Of a stretch of DNA of 11,810 nt, positions 6,798-11,810 are shown piece after piece. The notes under the pieces are model-generated. The model made no database searches and was not told the origin of the DNA. It was given only the letters and a program-made list of their open reading frames with translations. The stretch lies in contig CAYMFF010000075.1 in assembly GCA_964389575.1 (NCBI GenBank), forward strand, positions 1 through 11,810, written 5' to 3'. The number at the start of each line of letters is the position of its first letter. Position 1 is the stretch's first letter. Both the position numbers and the translations under genes were made by a program. Source of the DNA: an uncultured Chitinophagaceae bacterium (GTDB lineage: Bacteria > Bacteroidota > Bacteroidia > Chitinophagales > Chitinophagaceae).

Positions 6798-8372
6798 CTA
6801 CTCTTCAGTAGTTTCTGTATCATCTTCGGGTTCAGCAGGAGCTGGTGGACTAGGACGATGCGTCTCTTCTTTAACCTTCACATCCACAGCAGCTTGTATA
6901 TCTTTTAAATCTTCTTTCAGATATTTAGGTAGTGTTAAACCAGCTTGACCGAACATTTCATTTAATGGTGGTACCGATTTGTAAAGGTTCGAGATAAAAT
7001 TACTTGTAGAAGAACCACTTCCATCTTTTCCGCCACCACTATCCCAAACAGTCACTTTGTCGATCTTGATATTCTTGATCGCCTCAACTTGTAGTTTTAC
7101 AAGCTCAGGAAGTTTCTCGATTAATAATAAATTGTATGCATTACCAGCATCACCGCCTGCAGCTTTTACCACTTGGTCATAACCTTCAGCTTGTTTTGTG
7201 AGAATCTCAAATAAACCACGAGCTTCTGCATCCATTTTGGCAAAAATGGCATCGGCCTCACCTTTTGCATTTACACGAATACGCTCAGCTTCTGCTTCAG
7301 CATCAATTACTACTTTTTGTTTCGCAATTTCTGTTGGCACAATCACATTTGCTTTTTGAGAAGAACGAACTTTCTCTGCTCTTGCTTCCTCCGCTGCTTT
7401 TTCAGCTTGGTAAGATTCTTCTAGTGCTTTTGCGCTTTGTACTTTCTCAGCACTCATTGCAATTTTTAATGCTTCTGCTTCACGCTCTCTTCGTACTGCA
7501 TCAGAGTCGGCAATTTCAATTTTAGATTCATTCTCTCCTTTAACGGCTATCGCATTGGCCTCAGCCGTTTTAATCCGTTGGTCTCTTTCTGCTTCTGCTT
7601 TACCAATAGATTCATCTTTCTTGGCATCTGCAATTGATACTTCTCTATCTTTTTGTGTAACGGCTATTTTTACATCACGATCTCTTTCTGTTTCCGCAAT
7701 TTCGATATCCTTCGTTCGGTTTTCTTTTGCTGACCCAGTTTCCCCAATTTTTTCTTGCTCAGCCACACTGACCTTCGCCTCATTAATTGCTTTGGCAGCT
7801 GCTTCTTTACCTAATGCTTCAATATAGCCACTCTCGTCACGAATATCCGTAACATTTACATTGATAAGTTTTAGACCAATTTTCTTCAGCTCCGTATCTA
7901 CGTTCACAGAAATATTCTCCAAGAATTTATCACGATCGGTATTAATTTCTTCAATCGTCATAGTGGCAATTACCAAACGTAACTGACCAAACAAAATATC
8001 TTTTGCCAGTTCTTGAATTTGATCAGGTGTCAATCCTAACAAACGCTCTGCCGCATTATTCATCGTATCCGCCTCTGTAGAGATGGCAATCGTAAAACGA
8101 CAGGGAACATCAATACGTATGTTTTGTAAGCTCAGGGCATTGGTCAAATCAGCTTCAATAGAAATTGGTTTTAAATCTAAATAAGCATAGTCTTGAATTA
8201 CGGGCCAAATAAATGCACCACCACCATGAATACATCGGGCTGATGCGCCACCGGTTTTCCCATACACTACAAGAATTTTATCGGAAGGACAACGTTTGTA
8301 GCGCGAGATTAATGCAACTATGGTTACAAATAGTACTACGACTGCAATAAGGATGATAAATATTGGATTCAT
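6798..8372 (-). CDS. floT: Flotillin-family protein (SPFH/band-7 domain with a C-terminal coiled-coil 'flotillin' region); a FloT/YuaG-like membrane-microdomain scaffold.
   Basis: N-terminal TM anchor MNPIFIILIAVVVLFVTIVALI. An SPFH-like region follows. There is a long E/A/K-rich coiled-coil segment (…AEANAIAVKGENESKIEIADSDAVRREREAEALKIAMSAEKVQSAKALEESYQAEKAAEEARAEK…). The 524-aa length and the adjacency to an NfeD gene are classic. Confidence 0.9.
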   Translation of the reverse strand: MNPIFIILIAVVVLFVTIVALISRYKRCPSDKILVVYGKTGGASARCIHGGGAFIWPVIQDYAYLDLKPISIEADLTNALSLQNIRIDVPCRFTIAISTEADTMNNAAERLLGLTPDQIQELAKDILFGQLRLVIATMTIEEINTDRDKFLENISVNVDTELKKIGLKLINVNVTDIRDESGYIEALGKEAAAKAINEAKVSVAEQEKIGETGSAKENRTKDIEIAETERDRDVKIAVTQKDREVSIADAKKDESIGKAEAERDQRIKTAEANAIAVKGENESKIEIADSDAVRREREAEALKIAMSAEKVQSAKALEESYQAEKAAEEARAEKVRSSQKANVIVPTEIAKQKVVIDAEAEAERIRVNAKGEADAIFAKMDAEARGLFEILTKQAEGYDQVVKAAGGDAGNAYNLLLIEKLPELVKLQVEAIKNIKIDKVTVWDSGGGKDGSGSSTSNFISNLYKSVPPLNEMFGQAGLTLPKYLKEDLKDIQAAVDVKVKEETHRPSPPAPAEPEDDTETTEE

Positions 8373-8945
8373 TTATTTTACTTTTTCTACTTTTAAAATT
8401 GAGTCATCTTCTATGGCGATAACCCGAACCATGGAGCCAGTTTCTAATTGTTCTAAGGAGGTTGTGACGGCTTGCATTTCATGCGTACTTCCTTTTACAC
8501 TGACTAGTACTTTTCCTTTCCCAGAATAGTTTGGCGGAATTCTAAGATATACCTCGGCCAATTTTCCTCGACAATCTTGAATATTGAACGTATTATCCTC
8601 AGCCAATTTTTTAACTTGCTTCATAGCAAAAAAGAAAAGCGCTACAAAAGCGAGGCCAATCAAAACGGCTATAAAAACAAGCAAGGATTTATTAGAAATA
8701 TCATCAAAGAACAGAACACCTGTCCAAGAAAAGCCAATTAAAAAATTAATTAGATTGCGAAAGGTAAAAATTTGACCCGCACCGCTGTCTCCATCAAAAT
8801 CACCATCAAAGTCTGCCTCAATGCCATCAGAACTGTCGACCCCAACAAAAACCATTACGGTTTGAATTAAAAAAATTAAGCTAACGGGAAGGGCTATGTA
8901 CCAAAACGTTCGCAACAGGGGCTCCAGCGAATTAAAATATTCCAT
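8373..8945 (-). CDS. NfeD-family short-form membrane protein (YuaF-like: N-terminal TM helices plus a C-terminal OB-fold beta domain), partner of flotillin.
   Basis: At 190 aa it has two or three N-terminal hydrophobic helices and a soluble C-terminal ~70 aa (…GKLAEVYLRIPPNYSGKGKVLVSVKGSTHEMQAVTTS…GSMVRVIAIEDDSILKVEKV) typical of NfeD beta-barrel tails. Its stop (8373) abuts the flotillin start (8372). It also contains an unusual acidic DFDGDFDGDSG loop. Confidence 0.8.
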   Translation of the reverse strand: MEYFNSLEPLLRTFWYIALPVSLIFLIQTVMVFVGVDSSDGIEADFDGDFDGDSGAGQIFTFRNLINFLIGFSWTGVLFFDDISNKSLLVFIAVLIGLAFVALFFFAMKQVKKLAEDNTFNIQDCRGKLAEVYLRIPPNYSGKGKVLVSVKGSTHEMQAVTTSLEQLETGSMVRVIAIEDDSILKVEKVK

Positions 8946-9030
8946 TCTGGCTAAAGATAGATTATTTCTGATAGAATTAGAAAACTTGCGTTAGAAATTT
9001 AAATTGCTAACTTTAATTTCTCATCAAATT

Positions 9031-9627
9031 ATGAAAAATCGAATTCCCTTACTCATTATTTTTTTTGTTGTACTGATTTGGTCTGGCATCCAGCCACATG
9101 ATTATTTCACTTGGATACTCGAAGTAGCGCCGGCTATAATTGGTCTAATGGTATTATTGTTTACTCGGAAAAAATTCCCTTTGACTAATTTGCTCTACGT
9201 ACTCATTTTAATTCATTGTATTATTTTAATGGTCGGTGGGCACTACACCTATGCAGAAGTTCCTTTGTTCGATAGAATAGCAGAATGTTTCGGTTCGGAT
9301 AGAAATAATTATGATAAGGTAGGACATTTTGCACAAGGTTTTGTGCCGGCTATGATTGCCAGAGAAATCTTGATTCGGAAAAAAGTAATCAATTTTACAA
9401 CTTGGCGTAACGTACTTATTGTTTGCATTGCTATGGCCATTAGTGTGACCTATGAATTTATTGAATGGGGCGTTGCGCTTCTCACCGGAGAAGATGCTGA
9501 AGCCTTTTTAGGAACTCAAGGTTATGTTTGGGATACGCAATCTGATATGTTCTATGCAACAATAGGAGCAATTTGCGCATTAATTTTTTTAAGCAAGATT
9601 CATAATAATCAACTTAGTAAACTTTAA
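9031..9627 (+). CDS. DUF2238/YjdF-like inner-membrane protein.
   Basis: About 200 aa with 5-6 hydrophobic segments. The motifs …MVGGHYTYAEVPLFD… and …DKVGHFAQGFVPAMIARE… resemble the YjdF family as I remember it, and this was not checked against a database. The ORF track starts at a TTG at 9004. I prefer the in-frame ATG at 9031 (MKNRIPLLIIFF…). Confidence 0.5.
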   Translation: MKNRIPLLIIFFVVLIWSGIQPHDYFTWILEVAPAIIGLMVLLFTRKKFPLTNLLYVLILIHCIILMVGGHYTYAEVPLFDRIAECFGSDRNNYDKVGHFAQGFVPAMIAREILIRKKVINFTTWRNVLIVCIAMAISVTYEFIEWGVALLTGEDAEAFLGTQGYVWDTQSDMFYATIGAICALIFLSKIHNNQLSKL

Positions 9628-9655
9628 TTTTTTAAATGTCCGTATCTTTAAGCAC

Positions 9656-10429
9656 ATGCCACAAATAAAAAATATTCTTTCTTGCTTTTTTATTTGCATA
9701 ATCATTTCTTCATGTGCAGGTGATAAAATTTTTGTTGATGCCTTAAGAAGCCCAAGAAAACATAAAAAGCTACGCATTGTAAATAAAGCGCTCGACGAAG
9801 TGCCTCCAAGTATTTCACGACTGAGTAATCTTAGAAAGCTATATCTTGTTCGAAATGGTTTGGATACCATACCGCCTGAAATTGGTGATCTAAGAAACCT
9901 AACGGAACTTCATATTTCAAGTAATCAAATCCAATATCTGCCAGAAGAAATTGGGCAATTAAAAAATTTGAAAATACTTTCCATCCGCTCCAACTATCTT
10001 ACCGAACTTCCAGAAAGCATCGGAAATCTAAAAAACTTAGTGGAACTATATGTAGATGGAAATCGGCTACAAAAGTTACCTGAATCTATTGGGAGATTAC
10101 AAAAGCTGGAATATTTAACGATAGGCGAAAACAAACTAAAATCATTACCACAGAGCTTGGGTAATTTGCAAAATTTGACCCACCTATCAATTGGAAAAAA
10201 CAGCTTGAGCGCTATTCCTGAATCTATTTGTGATTTGAGTAATTTAATGGAATTAAATCTGGCTTTTTGTGGTCCCAACTTACGGGTTCCCGATAATATT
10301 ATTAATCTTACGGGATTGTTCACACTGTACGTAGACCGATACCTTTTGCTCCCGGGTTCTTTAATGAACGCCAATCCACAATTAAGAATCGTTTATCGTC
10401 AGCGTGGCGATGTTTATTTACGTTGGTGA
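9656..10429 (+). CDS. Leucine-rich-repeat (LRR) lipoprotein with about 8 tandem 23-residue LRRs of the LxxLxxLxLxxNxLxxLPxxIGxLxxL type.
   Basis: MPQIKNILSCFFICIIISSCAG is a signal peptide plus lipobox. The repeats LSNLRKLYLVRNGLDTIPPEIGD / LRNLTELHISSNQIQYLPEEIGQ / LKNLKILSIRSNYLTELPESIGN / LKNLVELYVDGNRLQKLPESIGR / LQKLEYLTIGENKLKSLPQSLGN / LQNLTHLSIGKNSLSAIPESICD / LSNLMELNLAFC… give a 69-bp DNA periodicity over ~9770-10345. Confidence 0.85.
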   Translation: MPQIKNILSCFFICIIISSCAGDKIFVDALRSPRKHKKLRIVNKALDEVPPSISRLSNLRKLYLVRNGLDTIPPEIGDLRNLTELHISSNQIQYLPEEIGQLKNLKILSIRSNYLTELPESIGNLKNLVELYVDGNRLQKLPESIGRLQKLEYLTIGENKLKSLPQSLGNLQNLTHLSIGKNSLSAIPESICDLSNLMELNLAFCGPNLRVPDNIINLTGLFTLYVDRYLLLPGSLMNANPQLRIVYRQRGDVYLRW

Positions 10430-10437
10430 TAAGCAAT

Positions 10438-10468
10438 AAAAAACCCGACTCATAACGAATCGGGCTTT
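10438..10468. terminator. Candidate rho-independent terminator between the convergent LRR and peptidase genes (A6–CCCGACTC-ataac-GAATCGGG–CTTT).
   Basis: The 8-bp stem has one mismatch and a 5-nt loop. On the minus strand the hairpin is followed by TTTTTTATT, a good U-tract for the peptidase transcript. On the plus strand the downstream tract is weaker (CTTTAC). Confidence 0.5.
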
Positions 10469-10486
10469 ACAAATTATAATTATTTT

Positions 10487-11668
10487 TTAGAAGCCTAGGT
10501 CTCTTTTCAAACTTCTTGGCAATGCGTTTTTATTTAATAAAATAGCGGTGGTTTTGTATTCAAAAAATGTTTTAGAAACATACAAATAACCTTTGTAGTC
10601 ATTTTTTTCACCCCAACTATTTTTCACCATATAATATTCTTTACCATTTTGATCCTCGGCTAATCCTACAATGTGCATCCCGTGATCATCGGTTGTTGTG
10701 TAGTTGTCAAAAGCATCTTCACGATCTTGCGCCGTGATATTTTTCTCTGTTTTCGGACCATCAAACATTGTTTTTCTTTCTTTCACACTCATTTTACCAT
10801 AGTCTTTTTCAGGAACGATAGCGACTCCGTTTTTCCAACTAAAAGAACGCTCACTTACATCCGTTGCCCAAGCCACCGTATAACCTTTTTCCAATGCGTT
10901 ATCTACTGATTCAGAAAGTTCATTCATTCTCACATTCCATACACTTTGCAAACTCCAATTATCCGGAACCATTAGCATGGTTGGTTTGTATAAAGGCGCA
11001 TATAAAAAAGAAGATAACTCTACATAATCATCAGCACTTAACCCTACCACTTCATCGGCAAAAGTCTGCGGTGTGTAGGTTCTGCCTTTGTAGTCAAAAC
11101 TTTCTGGAACTTTTCCTAAATAGGCATCCAACGCAGCCATGAAAGCAGGCATCCAATTTTTGGTCAGCTTTCGGTTTTTATTTTTTACAATCCCTTGTAA
11201 AAAACCTTCTAAGGCTGCCTGCATTTCGCCAAAACGATTCATTTCAGTTCCATAGTTTAAACCTGTATAAGCTGAATAAGGCAAGGCTCCATATTTATCG
11301 TACACTTGAACTACATCATGTAATTCGGCACCATCTCCCCAACCAACATTTCCGTGCATACGCACGTAATTTCTTGCCCGTTCAATATAAGCACATCGTG
11401 CCGTGTAAATTTCTGATATATCTACAAAACCACTTCCATTTCTTAGCATTTCACTCTCAAGAAAAGAATTTCCTGAATAGCTCCAGCAGGTCCCGCTACT
11501 CCCCTGATTTTTCACAGGAGACGATTCCAAATTTATAATGGTTTTGAACTTATATTTTTCCTTGGATTTGTCAGATTTGTTTTTATCTAATGACTTTACC
11601 AAATCATCTTGTGCATAGGTAGCACCGCTGATAAAGAGCAATGCAAAAACGTATTGTAAAAATTTCAT
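10487..11668 (-). CDS. pepC: Papain-superfamily C1B cysteine peptidase (aminopeptidase C / bleomycin hydrolase-like) with an N-terminal signal peptide.
   Basis: Catalytic-Cys region NQGSSGTCWSYSGNSFLESE. His region …DDHGMHIVGLAEDQNG…. Asn/Trp region …YMVKNSWGEKNDYKGYLYVS…. The ~393-aa size fits C1B. I place the start at the ATG at 11668 (MKFLQYVFALLFISGATYAQ, signal-peptide-like). The ORF track opens 5 codons earlier at a TTG at 11683. Confidence 0.85.
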   Translation of the reverse strand: MKFLQYVFALLFISGATYAQDDLVKSLDKNKSDKSKEKYKFKTIINLESSPVKNQGSSGTCWSYSGNSFLESEMLRNGSGFVDISEIYTARCAYIERARNYVRMHGNVGWGDGAELHDVVQVYDKYGALPYSAYTGLNYGTEMNRFGEMQAALEGFLQGIVKNKNRKLTKNWMPAFMAALDAYLGKVPESFDYKGRTYTPQTFADEVVGLSADDYVELSSFLYAPLYKPTMLMVPDNWSLQSVWNVRMNELSESVDNALEKGYTVAWATDVSERSFSWKNGVAIVPEKDYGKMSVKERKTMFDGPKTEKNITAQDREDAFDNYTTTDDHGMHIVGLAEDQNGKEYYMVKNSWGEKNDYKGYLYVSKTFFEYKTTAILLNKNALPRSLKRDLGF

Positions 11669-11810
11669 TTGCCGAAAATACAACAGCAGAGGCTTTTTTC
11701 ATTACAAAAAATGAGAAGTGATTCCATTGGTGATAAACGGTAGGTTTTGCTTAAGGTGAAAGAATGAGTTTTTTATAGATTGTATTTTGTTTCGTTTTTA
11801 ATTGCACTAT

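Noticed and set aside
7265-7827. Plus-strand ORFs of 86 and 90 aa (7265-7525, 7555-7827) inside the flotillin gene.
   Set aside because: They lie antisense to the E/A/K-rich coiled-coil region. The low-complexity codon usage there (gcttctgcttc…) keeps other frames open by chance, and the products are leucine/serine-rich nonsense.
9770-10345. The 69-bp periodic DNA repeat, which could be mistaken for a tandem-repeat or CRISPR-like array.
   Set aside because: The periodicity is fully explained by the in-frame 23-codon LRR units of one continuous ORF. The repeats are degenerate at the DNA level and there is no spacer/repeat architecture.
11684-11810. The 127-nt region upstream of the peptidase gene, checked for a tRNA, a small ORF or a promoter box.
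   Set aside because: There is no cloverleaf-compatible stem set, no ORF beyond a few codons, and no convincing TAnnTTTG match. It probably just contains the peptidase promoter.
1-11810. A mobile-element, prophage or defense-island reading of the window.
   Set aside because: There are no integrase, transposase, inverted terminal repeats, restriction-modification, toxin-antitoxin or nuclease/helicase signatures. Gene content is housekeeping or envelope-related, and the AT content appears uniform across the window by eye.

Overview
This is an AT-rich chromosomal segment that looks like it comes from a Bacteroidetes-type organism. The evidence is a type IX secretion (T9SS/Por) C-terminal sorting domain on one protein, several lipoprotein-type signal peptides, and matches to the Bacteroidetes -7 promoter box TAnnTTTG. 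I can support 13 protein-coding regions and found no rRNA, tRNA, CRISPR array, IS element or integrase. From left to right the window contains: (1) a secreted RCC1-repeat beta-propeller with a T9SS sorting domain; (2) an AraC-family regulator split into two ORFs by an ATGA frame change; (3) a cation:proton antiporter-like membrane protein; (4) two tandem, recently duplicated polyphosphate kinase 2 (PPK2) paralogs; (5) a lipoprotein L,D-transpeptidase (YkuD domain); (6) a three-gene NfeD-flotillin-small membrane protein operon; (7) a DUF2238/YjdF-like membrane protein; (8) a leucine-rich-repeat lipoprotein; (9) a signal-peptide-bearing C1B (aminopeptidase C / bleomycin hydrolase-like) cysteine peptidase. 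Genes 1-4 all lie on the minus strand with gaps of 75 nt or less, and the only strong hairpin terminator of that string sits at its far end (14-43). I see no clear-cut novel multi-gene system such as a defense island. The items most worth a second look are the two 'eukaryotic-like' secreted repeat proteins (RCC1 and LRR), the split AraC regulator, the duplicated PPK2 pair co-oriented with a cation antiporter, and the uncharacterised small membrane protein translationally coupled to flotillin. Functional calls come from motif recognition by eye (Walker A, catalytic His/Cys, LRR and RCC1 consensus); no database search was possible.
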